A stretch of DNA of 62,956 nt, counting the filler, from Lenisia limosa (lineage: Eukaryota; Protista; Breviatea): assembly GCA_001655205.1 (NCBI GenBank). It is 8 parts of 8 records of this genome, joined end to end, with 100 filler letters (N's around TTAATTAATTAA, not from the genome) between each part and the next. Parts side by side here need not be neighbours in the genome. Positions count along the whole stretch, not along the records: positions 11,741 to 26,139 come from LPNZ01009732.1; positions 26,240 to 40,546 come from LPNZ01005242.1; 6 more parts are not named here. The stretch is one strand, 5' to 3'. Position 1 is the stretch's first letter. Each line of letters opens with the position of its first letter. Below the pieces are notes generated by a model. That model made no database searches, was not told where the DNA came from, and saw only the letters and a list, made by a program, of their open reading frames with translations. The position numbers and the translations under genes were made by a program. Below are positions 25,400-40,357 of this stretch, in pieces.

Positions 25400-26110
25400 T
25401 TAATTTATGACAAACTCGTGATTTAAAAGTTTGATTGTTCGGTGTTCCGAATTCCCAATGTAATCGTTTTCGTCTAGAATCAGTTGGCCTCCAACCAATT
25501 CAAAGACTTCAAGGTAAACCCTACACGATAAAACAATACAGGTATCGTACAGTGCAAGAAGTAATGTAATCGTACCCTTACTGCCGTCCGAATCTCTGGA
25601 ACCGTTTCTGTTTACATTAGTGTGTATCATTCTTGTTTTATTTATGAACTTTTGCTACAAATTTCTCTTGATATTGATTGTTCTATTTTCGAGGTCTTTT
25701 TCGAACCTAGCTTAAGCCCGTTTCATATCAAGGCGATAAACAAATTTACAAATATCAGTGCAATATTTTGTCGTCGTAATTATTTGGTTTATTCAATCGC
25801 CCAAAATACTCCTATTCCCTTTAACACCTCCAGTGACCTTCCCTCCTCCCTCTCCGACCTCCTCTCCCTCGACCTCTCCATATCGATGAAAATCGAATTT
25901 CCTGACGAAAGCATTCGAGACGGTGCAGGGGGGATGTATGGTTTTGTTTTTATATTTTGAGAGGGGGGGGGGTAATACCCCTGTTAAACGCAATGATGTG
26001 GACGGAGGGTTTTGGCCTCTAATGCTGTCCTTTCCACATGAACAGTTCCCTTTCCCCAATATTCACGCTTCAGACGAATGGAACACTTTCCTGTGGGGAG
26101 GCGGGCAGAA
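25400..26110 (-). CDS. 3' exons of an unidentified gene cut by the scaffold edge
   Basis: The last exon reads VYLEVFELVGGQLILDENDYIGNSEHRTIKLLNHEFVIN* (TAA 25400-25402) after a tag acceptor. Candidate upstream exons lie near 25830-25910 and 26030-26110. No family recognised. Confidence 0.35.
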
Positions 26111-26303
26111 GACCCCTAGGATTCTTGAGACTTTGGCAANNNNNNNNNNNNNNNNNNNNNNNNNNNNNNNNNNNNNNNNNNNNTTAATTAATTAANNNNN
26201 NNNNNNNNNNNNNNNNNNNNNNNNNNNNNNNNNNNNNNNAGTGCACACCGTCCGCACTCCCGCAGCACTGGGGGGAGGGTGAATGGAGGTGTGGGTAAAA
26301 ATA

Positions 26304-26380
26304 CAGTGACTGGGATAAGTCTTGACCGATTTCCAAAATGATTTCCATGGAAAGTAGGTCAGGACATATCCCGGTCACTG
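26304..26380. mobile_element. MITE family C (77 bp), Tc1/mariner-pogo-like, TA target duplication
   Basis: TA-CAGTGACTGGGATAAGTCTTGACC...GGTCAGGACATATCCCGGTCACTG-TA. Confidence 0.85.
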
Positions 26381-26471
26381 TATGTGTTGGTGGGCGAGGG
26401 ATTATGGTGCTTTTACAATAAATTTTTCATCAGGACGGGTGTTATTCTTTAAAATTTCACAAATCGCATAC

Positions 26472-29400
26472 TTCAGACTTTGCGCTGAAAAACCGGAAGC
26501 GAATTTGAAATAAATTCTTGACACAATCCATGCTAACGCAACGAATAACAGAAGCACCAAGGGGAAAATAAGCTGTAAGGTTAAGAATATGATGAAAAGA
26601 AAACAGTAGAAGTGTTAAATGCCATACTAGCTTACAATTAGTTGCAGGTTATCGTAGAAGGAGAGCTGTTTATCAAGCGCACACTCCGGGAACACTATCT
26701 AGAAACATCAAACAACGATAGGAGTGCATTTTGATGAATTACAAAACCACTTTAAAGCAAACATTCCGTTTTGTCTGCAAAATCCCTCCCCCCCCAATCA
26801 CAAGGAAGGTACTTAACTTCAGCACTTCCCAAAATGTTACCCACCTGGATGGACAGGTTAAATCCCGAAAGAACCTTCATGACCTCCTTCAACTCCTCAG
26901 GCCAATTCAGCTCAAAACCAAGGTATAAACTTGTGACCTGTGGTGATAATGGTTTATACTAGTGGAGGCAGTGGTGGTGAAGGTTCCTACTACAATTGGC
27001 TCCACAAATCCATACAATAATAATATTGATCCATCCCAAAATTCATAAGGAAATATGATATTGATCCACCCAAACCTGTAGGAACGAAATGCCGATTTTG
27101 AGAGATGACCAGGCGCTGCTCTCAGAAGCCCCAATGGAAAGAATAAATATTGTAGCGACTACCAAGGCAGCGATAACAACTAGAGGGTGAGTGCCAATGT
27201 TGAAGAATTATGGGGTGAAATAATGACGACGAGTGTATTGCGAAGGAGTATAGTAGTTTGGAATCAGAGAATATATTTATTGATAAATTTCACTATTATA
27301 TTGGGTAATTTTGAGTCATATGGGAATCAAAAGATGATTCAAGAGGATTACTGTAATGAGAAGCAATTGGTAGTGTAGGATTTAGATAATTGTAATATGG
27401 CCCCATTCACGAGCAATTGGGAGAATAGAGCTGCTTCTTTGGCTGCACTTCCTGCACTCCTTTTGTAAACGGTAGTAGCTAAACTTGAAGTTAAAGAAGA
27501 CTGTGAAAATCGATTAAAACAGAGAACAATGGTGAGAAAGAGATTTTAGGATAATACTGTGGTTCTGGCGTTTTACAAATCTGAATGACAGTTACTTTCA
27601 CATCTAATATTTTGGGTTGCGGCAAAAAGTATGACAAGTCCCTNNNNNNNNNNNNNNNNNNNNNNNNNNNNNNNNNNNNNNNNNNNNNNNNNNNNNNNNN
27701 NNNNNNNNNNNNNNNNNNNNNNNNNNNNNNNNNNNNNNNNNNNNNNNNNNNNNNNNNNTAGACATGCGGCTGTGTTCGGACATGACACGAATGACGTGGA
27801 CTGGGGATATTATGGGGGTACCCGGGGATATTAATGGGGGTACCCGGGGATTTACCGGGAGATATTAATGGGGTACCCGGGAAGGAAGCGAGTTGTTGTG
27901 GTACCGGTTTGTATTACTTGTATCCGTAGAGTGTCGAGTTATTAGTATTTACTAAACCAAGGATAGGGAAAGCTTAAAGTCAAGAAACTGATTAATGCTT
28001 ATATTATCTTGGGAAGAATCATATGATATGATGTGTACAGTGGCCGGGATAAGTCCTGACCGATTTTCATATTCCCGTACCTACATTATCTATTGGGAAG
28101 AATCCTGTACTGGCGGAGGGAACATCACTGCCGCCTGCACAGTCGCTTCCATCCGGACACTTCTAGGGGGGTGGCGTGAGGGAATAGGGAGAGGGATTTC
28201 GGACAAATTGTATATTTTAAGGTGAAGTAGCATGATGTAACTAATCCAATATACAGTGGGAGTGCTTGAGGTTCGCGACCCCCCACAACAGATGATTTTC
28301 GACCGCAGTCAAAATATCTAGCCCTCAAGTTTCCTGCCTCATCTGTTATCCCACCAACCACACAAGACGCCTCATCGTCATCGTCAGCAAAATAGCCCTC
28401 AACACATCGGCAATCCTCGAGGGATGTGGTTATGGTTGACATTGTCTCGGAGTGCTCGGGACACGCAATGCATTTGGTGTTCAGGCTTGGCAAAGACCTA
28501 ATGGTGAAATGGACAAGCCAACGATTTATAAGCCTTGCAGTCAAGGGAAAGGTTAACACAGGTATGACAAACATAAATAACAATTATAGCTTCACTTTCG
28601 GTTCCAAATTTGTCGAAAATTTATCGATAATTCAACGGAAGAAGCTCAAATAATAATGACCGTGAATATACGGGGTGACAACCGACCAAAGCACAACCGA
28701 ATAAGCCTACATATAGGAATTGAGGGGGCATGACTGGCATTTGAGAGAAGTTGTGGGGTCAAAGTAGGTTCCCTCCGGACATAGACACTCAGAGCCGTAC
28801 TAAATAATCAGGCATGAATTTATCAAAACAGTACAAGCAACACAAATTTTTTTAAAAAATCAGAAAACGCTTTCCCAAAAATTGTTATTAAATATATACA
28901 ATGAATCCAATCTACAAGTAATAGATCTAAAGCAAAAAGCAATCAGGGTGGGTTATAGATGAGGTCAAATGGTAAAATATCATTATTTTGGAAAAGGTGT
29001 CGCCATTTCTTTCCAACACAAAACCATAGACAATCACCATTTGCGATCCTGAATGACAGGTGCAGTTACTCGGAGAAACAGATGACGGTGCGGTTGTGGT
29101 AGCAAGGTTTCCTAGAAGGACAAAAGTGAAGTTTGAGATGATGTTCATTTCCTCTTTTTCAAACAGTATCGATACAAAACAAGAATTTCTAGTTAAATGT
29201 GAGTGAAAAATATTTCGCAAGAAAACGCTTGTCTGTGAGACGAGTCGAGATATTACCCCTGAAGCAGTACAACATAAGCTGCTTTGAAAGCCACAACATA
29301 GTCTACATGGTTCTCACCTAATAGTTCTATGCAGTCCTTGCACACTGTTGTTCCAACACTTTCCTTGTAGAAGCCAAGTGGACACGGAATACATATCTAA

Positions 29401-32400
29401 ATAAGGGTAAGATCACTCCCTTACTGTCACTATATTCCATTGAAGAAATAAACACAAAACATCACAACACTAACCTTGGATGCTGATTCGTAGTAGCTTC
29501 CTTGGTCGCAAGTACAGGAGCCATCCGGGTTAGTCAGCATTGATGACGAACAGGTACAGTTGTCTCTACTGATACTGGCGACGTCTGAATAGTCATACAA
29601 TTACACACTTCAAAAGATCCTATTATTTCTGAATCTAGACTGTTGAAAGATTATTGAATAAGGAGTTATTAATTAGTTAAGGGACACATTTTTAAAATCA
29701 TTCGGAACAAAAAGATCAAAGAAAATGTCCAATGTTATTGTACAACGTGGTTGGCGAAAGCAAACAAAACATGTTACAGACTTGATGTTGTTGATAGATC
29801 TGGACAAGATTCACAGACGACGTCAGTAGCATTTCGATAAGTTCTAATGAGTTAGTATTTCACTTGGTATATACTATGGATGTGTACCGTTCCTTAATCA
29901 GCAAGTGTTTAAAGGATATTCTTGTACCCAAAGATGGGGATATACATACAGTAACTGGAAATTTTCCTTGATCCCGGTCTCTGTATGATATGGAATTTCT
30001 TTTCTATGAAGTTATCTGACCATATTGATATACTCCTTCCAACTGTAATGTGGATAAAAAGCTTAACATCTTATCAGCCCTTTCAACAAAGATTTTGTAC
30101 CAATATCCCATCCATAAACATGGTGAATTAGTCTTAACAGTATCCTTTTTCTCAAAAACGTTGTATCATGCTTTAATTTTAATGTCTAAACTGAGGGGGG
30201 GGCAACAGGCACCAAAAACGGCTGTTATAATCCCTTCCTACCCTCGAGGACACGGGAGACACTCATAGGCCGAATTGCCCTTGTATCCTTCGTTACACTG
30301 ACATGTCTCGCCAACCAGGTGACTAAACGGCATTTTAACATGACACTCCGGGATGGTCACGTTCGCCTAGGATTATCAGGTAAAATTGAGATGTTTGAAA
30401 ACTGTTGACTAACATTGGATAAAATATAATTATTGTTAACAGATCTAACTGTAGACAATTTGATTATTATGAGTCTAAAGATGTTTACCTCCTTCTTTCC
30501 TCACATCCCAAAAGAATCGTTTCTTGCCCAGCCTACAAATTGAAGAGGTTCATCAACAGCACTGGAAACAAATGTCATCTGAGGAGTGAGCAGAAAATGT
30601 GTCAAAAATGATCTTGTTGCAACACCACAACCGACCAACCTCTATAACACTACCTGGGGCCCCGTCAATCTTGAGGTTGTCAAATATAGCCAGGCCGTTA
30701 GAATCAAAAGAAACAACGAGACCATTTGAGTAAGTCGGTACGGGGTCAAGCTGAGTCGGTTACATGTTGGTGGTTTCAGCTTTTTAGTTCTTGTTTCAAC
30801 AAATTAATAATTGGTCCATTTCAGACCCCCAAGATCAATAAATGATATAATGAGTTTAGTCCAAATGAAACCTCCAAATAGACAAGATAATACAAGAAAT
30901 TAAATATAGGAGTAAAAAAGGCTAACCTGACAGTAGACAAAAACGCTCAGCCCTTTCACTGACTCGTGCGTTTGAGTGTCAAGAATCTGTAGATAGTATG
31001 AAAAATGGTAAAAATAAAAAATGGGAAGAGAGAGTTGATATATTGATATATTCAAAAATGTCAACTGGAAGTCGTAATTTCATAACCTACTCCAACAATA
31101 ATATACTATGCATAATAGAGACTGGCATATTAAAACCGAACAATCAGATGTTGAGTATCAGATAAGGACAAATCACCACTACAATAGCCGTAAAAAAAAA
31201 AGAATTCGAATGTTATTTAGACTCTTAATAATTCAAAACCACAATGTCCCCAATTTTGAACTTTACGTCTCAATTAATCTCACAAAGTCCAACATTAATA
31301 AATTATTGGAGTACGCACAAGCAGTCTTACCTCAATAACGGGTGGAGGGTTGATGGCGTTGCGTCCATTTGTTACAGCCACAGTGGAACGCTGGACAAGG
31401 TAGTAGACCGCTAAATGGTTGAGAATTGGCAACAAGAAATGAACTAATTTATCAATGAACACAATATTAACTATTGATCTCACCTACAGCATTAAAATAA
31501 TACTGTATAATTTCATATCAAGAATTACACAACATAAGGCCAACGTTTTAGGGTAACTTGAGGTACAGCCAGTGCTTGGCCAGTTACAACCGTGAGAGTT
31601 AGGTCAATCACTGCTTCAGTCTAAACAGTTATTTGATGATGTCATAATAAATGTGCAAAGCAATATTGTCAGTTCAACTTGACAGGAAGGACAACATTTT
31701 AACGGGTGAGAAAATTAATAAAAATCATGTTATATTACAAAACTGCAAGTCTTGATAATATTCCAATTAACCTTCAGCTTTTCGCGATCTATATTACACC
31801 GAATGCTGTTATCAGTAATATGAACCGCTGTGGATACTTCTCCTAAAAAGATGAGAAATTTTAGAGCCACACTCAATTTGGATATTTAACAAGGCTCCTC
31901 CTACCATTCACAGTACATGATAGCTCCGTGTTATCAGGAAAATGCAGGCCGCGAATTGTGACAGAATCAGGAATATGGGTAGCAAGGATGAGGGAAGGGA
32001 CAACCTGGGTTACCTCCGCTTGCTATATTGGTTAAATGCTGCAGGATATGCTGGTGAGATAAGGGAAATGACTTGGTCATGATGGGTGTGTGGTATACAG
32101 GAATAGCAAAATAATGTTGGTGGAGTGGAACGTTACATTTGAATATGCTCTTTAACCATAAAATCATAACATTGGGTTTATTGGGTTTAAAAGAGGTGTG
32201 TATCCTTAATAAAAAGAAATACAAAAACACGTCTTATTGTTTAGTTTTATAATCAAGATTACATAATAGCTGGAGTTCCGTGCAATTAATTGAAAAATAA
32301 CTGCAAAGTTTGACGCGACATATTCTCAGGTAAACTCAATTTCAGACACTTTAATTTAATAGCAGTGAAGATACCACATTCCCGCTGCCCAAATACCTGG

Positions 32401-35400
32401 TAAAACTGAACTAACACCACAGGAGACTCTCGAATTACGCCCTGATATGTTATTGACAAGCATAATCAAAAAGAAGGATATAGTGGATGATAAGCTAAAC
32501 AATTGTTCTAAAGGGAAAACTTATATTAAAAACTTCTACAGTGTACATTTTCCATAATTAGAACTGAAAAATGGAAATGTGGTTGAGCACAATATCTCTC
32601 CTTTTCTTTCCAGTGATATTCTCCTCATACTTTGAAAAAGGATTTGACAATCAGCTTGCCAGGAGAGGTGAAATTGAGGGAGGGCACCACAAAAGATATG
32701 CTATTGTGTGCTAAAATATCGTGAGAAATGGATTGGAATGGGTTCGATTTATGTTTAAAAGAGGTATCCATGTATCTAGTTATAGAAACGGTTGAGATAC
32801 TTGATATTCCTTTATAGTATTAATTCATGATTATCAAGCACCCAAAAACTGTCAAGCAATTCAATACCCCCCAACAATGTGATATAGCCGGTACCAGTGT
32901 ATCCATGAGGCCTGGAATAGACAGATGGACTGACATGTTGCCAATAAACACGCCGCCGGTCACAAAGACTTCTCTCTCGGGTGTAAGGTTCTGAATGATC
33001 AATGAACTATCTTGAACCCCACGTAGATTGTTGGCGTAGCACAAACACCTACACACATACAAAAAAACCGTTGATAATGAGAAAAAAGAAAAAAGAAAGC
33101 AAACTACCAAAACAAGAAATAACATTCCAGCACCCCCTTTACGTTGAGGGCTGGTAGAGCTGTAGCGCAGATTTTCCGAACGACAATGTTTTGTGACACT
33201 AATTATAAGAAACTAACAAGAAGTGTATATAACGAAAATATGACTCCCGACGGAAAATAATTAGTGGAGTATTGCTCACCTAAAGGCACCAATTTATGTT
33301 TGTGCGAGCTAACAACCAGCTCGAAGGTCCCATGATCCTAATGAATAAAATTTTGGATTATATGTTATGCTCTTTACATTAAAAAGTGAAAAGGTGAGAA
33401 TATAAACTAAGACTTATGAAAAATAAAATCTCCAGAACAATGAGAGGCGTGAAAAAATAAAATCTCCAGAACAAATGAGAGGTGTGACAAAAATGTAAGT
33501 CCGAATGGGTAATTCCGTAGTATCTAAGGTAACAAAGCTGTGCTGCAATTGAAGGTCATATAATTGAACTCAACCAAGTATTTACGATAAAACCAAAACA
33601 TAATAGGTTTGGCAACAATAGGCATTCCTTCCCTCCACCTGTGGAGGCATGACACACTCAATCCAAGGAGAAGATGTGGCATTGAACACCAGCGCTTTCG
33701 AGATACCTTTGGGGAACCTGATGGAATTAACTTGAAAATATAAAATATGTTTAAATTGAGACACCGCTGAAGTTGTAAATATTGTATTTCTTGAGGATTC
33801 ATCAATTCTCAAATATAATATATGTGGGTCCTCAAAGCTCCGGACATCATTCAAAATTCCCGGACACATCAAAANNNNNNNNNNNNNNNNNNNNNNNNNN
33901 NNNNNNNNNNNNNNNNNNNNNNNNNNNNNNNNNNNNNNNNNNNNNNNNNNNNNNNNNNNNNNNNNNNNNNNNNNNNNNNNNNNNNNNNNNNNNNNNNNNN
34001 NNNNNNNNNNNNNNNNNNNNNNNNNNNNNNNNNNNNNNNNNNNNNNNNNNNNNNNNNNNNNNNNNNNNNNNNNNNNNNNNNNNNNNNNNNNNNNNNNNNN
34101 NNNNNNNNNNNNNNNNNGTCTACATGGGTAAACTTTCCCGGATAGTTGCCATTTATTCCTTGAATGTGGCCTTTGAAACGGTTTTTGCTTGTTTTTGACC
34201 GTTTTTGGATCGTAAATAGAGAGCTTAGGGACTTAATTTGGTTTTGACCCGATAATATGTTAAATTGGGGTTTCATTATTTGATTAAGATTGAGATTACT
34301 TTCAAAAACAGAAGGGAAATAGGGTTTCTGGGTGGTTTATGGTGATTTTGTATGGAAAACTCAAGCTGTCCGGGAGTTTTGATGTATCCGGGAATTTTGA
34401 ATGATGTCCGGAGCTTTGACTATACATACACCATATTCATTCAACTCCAAAACATACTCGCAGAAAAGAGACTGGTGGAAGACATTGTGTTCATGCTTCA
34501 CAATGTATTTCGAATTAATGTTCACTCGCAGAGTTGTTGTCATACCTGGGGGGATCAGACTTGGTAAATACAACTGATTAAAAAATTAGCACTTTAATGA
34601 AAACATTTTCAATTATTTCCAATTATGGTGATAAAAAGAACAAAAAGACACACCTTCTACAACTTCTGTGGTGCTCAGGGTCATATTTGTCGGAATTGTG
34701 CCAGGACAAAACACTAAAATTGAGAACTTTAGAGTCTTTTTTCTTCAAATTCAAACAATATGACTTGATTTAAGGTCTCACTGAGCGTATATTGAAAGCA
34801 AAATAGATTAAAAATTAGAATGAAACACGAATTTTGATTATTTAGGCTGACAGTTAATCACCCTCCAATAACCAACCTTCACTAAAGCGATGAACAGTCG
34901 GGTTAGACCTGGAATTGGAATTGAATTTTCCAGTCTAAACTCTTATGGCAAGCACAAATACTTTTGGGAATCACTCAATACAAATACTATATCCAACGTA
35001 ACATATGATATACCTTATATATTAAGTATCAGTGGTACAATATGTTCAAAATGTATCACTCTGCTATTCTTGAAATATGTTCATGCATTTCCTTTCTACT
35101 GCCTAAGGGCCAAAGGCTTCAAATAAAAAAAGCATCTAAATTTCAATTATTTATCAGTAGTCCAATTTTGGCCCCTAAAACCTTTGAGAATTTGACTGGG
35201 TCTGACACAATAGTCTCATAAGTAACGGACTCTTTGAAATACCCTCCAAGACCTTTTAAGAATAAGTTATTAAAAGGCAAATAATCATAATTGGAGCTGG
35301 GTTTGACACGATTGTTTTAAATTCTACATCTATCCAACTGCACTACAGAATCCGGTCATAGACAGAAGTAAAAGAACGGAAAAGAACCTACTTGTCAGGA

Positions 35401-38400
35401 GATAACGCCTCTGGTCAATGCAGAGCAAGTATTCATCCGAAGGTAACAACTGCGCACAATTAACCAAATAATTCACCACCTTCAAATTTATAAAAAAACG
35501 ACAAATATGCATATTATGCAGATGCATGTAAGTAATATTAACATCATGTCACTCATTTGAAACATGATTAAGCCTTGAAATGCCCATCTGAGCCCACATT
35601 CGGCAGAGTAGACTTGTAAATAATGTCCTTTTGATAGGGGCCTTCTTCATTGTCGAGGAAGATATACACTCCAAATTGGTCGCTGCAGCCTTTCTCAAAC
35701 AAATTGCCGAAATCTCAAGGGTTACAATTTATCAAAGTTGTCAGATTGAGCCGTCTTGACTTACTTGAGACCATAACAATGGATCCAACGTCTGCGTAAA
35801 ACGACATGATAAACTCTCCTTCATCAAGCAACTCTCCAAAATCAAGCTAAGCGGTCAAGACAAATAGACCGAAATGGATAAATATGAAATATCGTCTTTT
35901 CGAGTGAGTCTCACCTCTTTCAGGTAAAAGGGACCAGATTTGTCATGATGTTGAGTGTAATAAATTGCTCTCTCTGCGTAAACGAAAGATGTTAACGAAT
36001 TTAACAAATTATATCATAAACCACTCATTTTTGATCAAGTAATAATAAATTCCTTGTCCTATATAGGTACATTCTTTGTTACATACATCAGACTATCACA
36101 ATATTTAAAAAATTAGACAAAACTGTAAAGAATCTTACCCGTCTGAATAGCATAGGGCATGGCGGTGACAATGACTTCCTCTTGCCCAATCAGTTGGGTC
36201 ACATTGAAGGTGTAAACCTGAGGGAAAAGTCACACAGAAATTTGATCCATCAATGAGTGAAGTAATTTGCCTTTTCTGACCTTTTTGAGGGTATCAACAC
36301 CATCACCGTCAATGTAAAACCTTTTCAAGAAATACCAATGGTGCGCTACTATCACTACCGAGGATTCTAAAAAGTAAAAATATAATAATAGTGGGGAGTC
36401 CCAACCAAAGTAACAATATAATGATAGTGGGGAGTCCCAACGCCTTAATTGAGCAAAAAGAACAAAGAAAATGGGAAAGAGGAAAAATTACCTAATCACC
36501 AAATGCCCCAACTTTGTTGTCCGAAAAGACATATAAAACGAAAATATCAACAGCATAATTATATAATTACATAATATGCTGTCATTACTGTATTACATGA
36601 AAAACATTTCAAGATATTTAGTTGGAGACGCTCTACTAACCAGAAATGACAGCAATGTTATTGGCCGAGCTGAAGACCGACACGATTCGGCCAACTGGAG
36701 TGTAGAAAGTCAAGGCCTGAACAGTAAACGGTCAAGATATCCAGTATCCAATTGTATTCGTAATCAACATCCAATATCTCAAATCCAACATGCGTTATTC
36801 ATTATCTATCCAATATCTGATTGATGAAGTTGATTCTCGGATATTAAGATATCAATTTCACAACAGTTAAAATTATGAAGGAATTATTCATTTTTATTTG
36901 AATAGATAGAAAAATAACATCCTGAATATTCATTATTATGATAAGATTCAGTGCAATAAAAAGAGTGCACACTGCTCACACTACTGGTAGTAAAAACACC
37001 ATATTAATCTCCATAAGAAAACGTTATAAATGGTTCTCACCTCATGAGCCAGGGCTGCAAGGTCATCGTTGTAACATACAATCTTCTGCTTGTCTAAAAT
37101 GTCAAATTTGCGTTATATAACTTATCATCACAAACTACCATTTGCCCGGAGCCGTCCCTTATTATTGCTTTTTAAAAGTAAATTTTTCAGGACATAGTTG
37201 TAAACACCATCGTTTTAAACACGATTATCTCTTAAAACTCGACAAACCTGTTAGATAGACCTGGTCATCTTTGGGATAGAAGACTGGTATACCAGATACT
37301 TCAGAGCCAGGTATCACCATTGGGCCCTCAGTGTATAAGCCGTTAACCAGTTTGTTCTCCTGACAAGATCAAGAATGTAATCGGTAGGCAAAATAAGAAA
37401 CAAAACAAACAATAAAAAAAGCCTACACCATTGAATCAGTATAGATTTGTCATTGTATATGCATATACAAACAATTGTCAACAGCGTAATGACATTAAGT
37501 AAATGAACCTGGAATATGTTTCATTTATTTATCAACAAAGTTATGACACAACGCTCACGTGATTGAAAAACGAGGAGAATGGCGGATTTGGAAAGAAAGG
37601 ATACATCTTCACTTCCCCATCTGAAGCCAATTATAATAAAGACGGTGTCCAAGTGGATCGATACTCATATACAATATTTACATGCCACACATGATGATTG
37701 TTTCGGAATGATTTCAAAAAATAATTTCTGAAAAACATGCATACCTATCATGTACTGGAGGGTTCCATCATCAGGATCGTCTACATTAATCAAAGGAACA
37801 CTAATTATATAAATATATACTATGTTATGATATTCCCTAAAATCATATAATTTTCAATATCATAATTGAAAACAGTCGTCAGTCTTACAATGCACAAATG
37901 TGAACGCATTGCTGCCCTTCCATGTTTCAAAGAGGATCATTTCTGAAACAATAAGTTAGAAGGGAGTTGATTGCGGCTTCTACAACATTATATATGATCA
38001 TAAAATGTGGAGCTTTTTTCAATGATGTTTTGTAGATGAAGGATATGTTGAGTTTTTTCAACACTCCACTCTTAGAAAAGTTGCCAATATACTGCATGAA
38101 CAAGTTGAAAAATTGTCCTAGTTTACTGAATAAAACGACAATGTATAGCGTAATGCCAATTCCGCTGCATCCCATACTTGAAGGAGTTACAATTGAGTCT
38201 TTAGGCCTGACCCAAAGTGGCTCAAAGTTGTATCGATATCCATAGAGGGACCTCAGGAACTGAAACGTCGCACCGTTTTGGTCTAAATACATGACTCCCT
38301 ATGAAACGTGCCTTATATCGGAAAACACCTTCATAATTGTTTAATCAGGTTGCAATTGTGATATGACGTAATATTCTAGCATTTCATATGATATAGCTAT

Positions 38401-40357
38401 AACTTAATTTAATATGTTCCATTCGGTATCATAAAAGAGTAATGACAGCTCCCAAAACCAATCCCACTCCACTCACTGTCGATATACACACCAGTGTGTG
38501 TGACATATACCTTCGCGTTATGTGAGACACTCCCGACGTCATAAATCTAATGAGTGAACGATACAATTTTTGGGAGAGGGGGGTGAGGAAACCCTTCTTT
38601 TGGCTAATTCTCTGAATTTTCATCAGATAGTGAAAAGACAGAGTTTCGAAATATACACTTGATCATTCACTGAAGTGAAATAATGATATACTTCTTCAAT
38701 CTCAACCCTGCCACCAACCTCCCATAAAGACGACTTTGGAACGCTGATGATTTCGGCACCTATTATTTTCAGTACATCAACAACATGAAAAAATTACGGT
38801 TCTTAGATCTTCTATCATTAGTATGTTTACGTTATTAACCTGGTTACTAAAACCATATAACTAGGGTTTCCCTTCGGTTCGAAAAAGAACACTAAAATAT
38901 CGATAGTTTTCGAGGATTAATCGAGAAATTCAGTCAATTTTCGAACAGAAGTGAAGCCCAACACATAAAACTGTGTTATGAGAATAATAATGTATCTTTC
39001 TGTAAAAAATGAATAACACAGAATATTGAGAGCCTTTGGGGAGAACTATAAACCTCTTTTAAACTCAAAATAATAATAATAAAAGGTCATATCCATTGAT
39101 GAATGGTTTTATCGCGATCGAAAGCAGAACCCGAACCACCTGATTCATACGGGTCCCTCAAAAGTCTGGAATACTCCCCAAAAAGCTTGAGCTCATCTCC
39201 TTGATAGGTAAATATAGACGGAAATATGAGAAATAGCATTGATAGATAAGTCACCAGAGATCAACCTTGCCATATGTACAAGACGCTATATGAAAATTAT
39301 TTTGTTTTGTATCTTAATGTTTAAAATCAATCTGATTCATTCCCCCCCTGCCTCTATGCTTGTGGGAAATTGTCTATACTACCCCCCCTCTCACTATCAG
39401 TGACGAATCCAATCATGCCTCCAACATCGTATGACCTGATTTGCTTCATTTTTATACCTGCGATCTCGGGTACTTCCTACAAACAGATTATTTGTGCTAA
39501 AATTGTCGACAAAATAAAAACAACAATCATATCACTTTTTGGATCATTCACGTGTGTGAACTATCATTTTCCACGCAGTGATATGATACCTCATATCCAC
39601 TTATATGATAATTGACCGAAAAGTCTCAATGATACTATGATACACTCGGGATAAACCTTCGTATTATCTTTGTCCACCATTTCGACTCGAAAATCGGTCA
39701 TGTGATCATATCACTAGTAGATATGGGTTAACATATTAATGTCTGTTAAAACTGTGAAGTGAAACATAATCTCTCCAGAACTTCACTTTAGAAGTATTAA
39801 TCTTAGCAATTAATTGCCTCAAATCACTAACTTGGATTGCTTTAAGGCAGAATTAATCATATACTACTAGATATATAGTACATATGATATATAATAGTTT
39901 GCAATTGAATAACAAAAACACCGTCAAAATAATGACATTTTTTGAGACTCTTACAACACGCCAGCTTGCCAGGACCAAAAGGTGCTGATTCTTCAAACCC
40001 CTATCACCATCCAAACTGACAGTCGGTCATCGTTGAACAAAAAGGCTGCAACACGATTACTGTCTGAAATGGTTATATATATGGATTGAAGAAGACTGTA
40101 AAATCTACGTTATATTAGTGAGAGTGTCATGAGATAACAATATTTAGAGGAATAAGTGTATTCAAGCCTGGTGAAATAGTTTAGTTACTATATTTTGTAT
40201 GATCGGCCTGAGGATATCTAGTCAATCAGTTTCTCTTAGTGCTCAAAGAATATAAGAGTATTGCCCCCAACATACCAACAGCAAATGCTAGGCGATCAAA
40301 AACAGTAACAGTGGTGCTCTCCATCCACTCAAATCCAGGACTAAGTTGATTAGCAAG
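26472..40357 (-). CDS. Very large receptor-like membrane protein: long ectodomain, several IPT/TIG-like and Ig-like modules, Cys-rich GCC2/GCC3 (ephrin-receptor-like) repeats, then a multi-pass TM region; both ends truncated
   Basis: More than 40 small exons. IPT-like: VTIRGLHFPDNTELSC, TAVHITDNSIRC, PWIECVMPP. Ig-like: GLAIFDNLKIDGAPGS. Cys-rich: CQCNEGYKGNSAYECLPCPRG, ICIPCPLGFYKESVGTTVC, CIACPEHSETMSTITTSLEDCRCVEGYF, KCPDGSDCAGG. TM region: SLKIGISFLQ/VTSLYLGFELNWPEELKEVMKVLSGFNL, IVFPECALDKQLSFY, LIFPLVLLLFVALAWIV. Confidence 0.8.
27804..27881. repeat. Short tandem repeat, about 22-bp unit x3 (GATATTAATGGGGGTACCCGGG)
   Basis: Three recognisable units in an intron of the receptor gene. 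Confidence 0.8.
33832..34420. mobile_element. About 590-bp intronic element bounded by about 42-bp inverted repeats (non-autonomous DNA transposon-like)
   Basis: TCAAAGCTCCGGACATCATTCAAAATTCCCGGACACATCAAA (33832-33873) versus its near-perfect reverse complement at about 34378-34419, followed by TA. The interior is half N. Confidence 0.75.
38864..38959. mobile_element. MITE family A copy (receptor gene intron)
   Basis: TA-GGGTTTCCCTTCGGTTCGAAAAAG...TTCGAACAGAAGTGAAGCCC. Confidence 0.87.

Noticed and set aside
25840-25930. HECT-like reading MKIEFPDESIRDGAGG on +
   Set aside because: Only superficial similarity, with no further HECT motifs. Splice signals favour a minus-strand gene.
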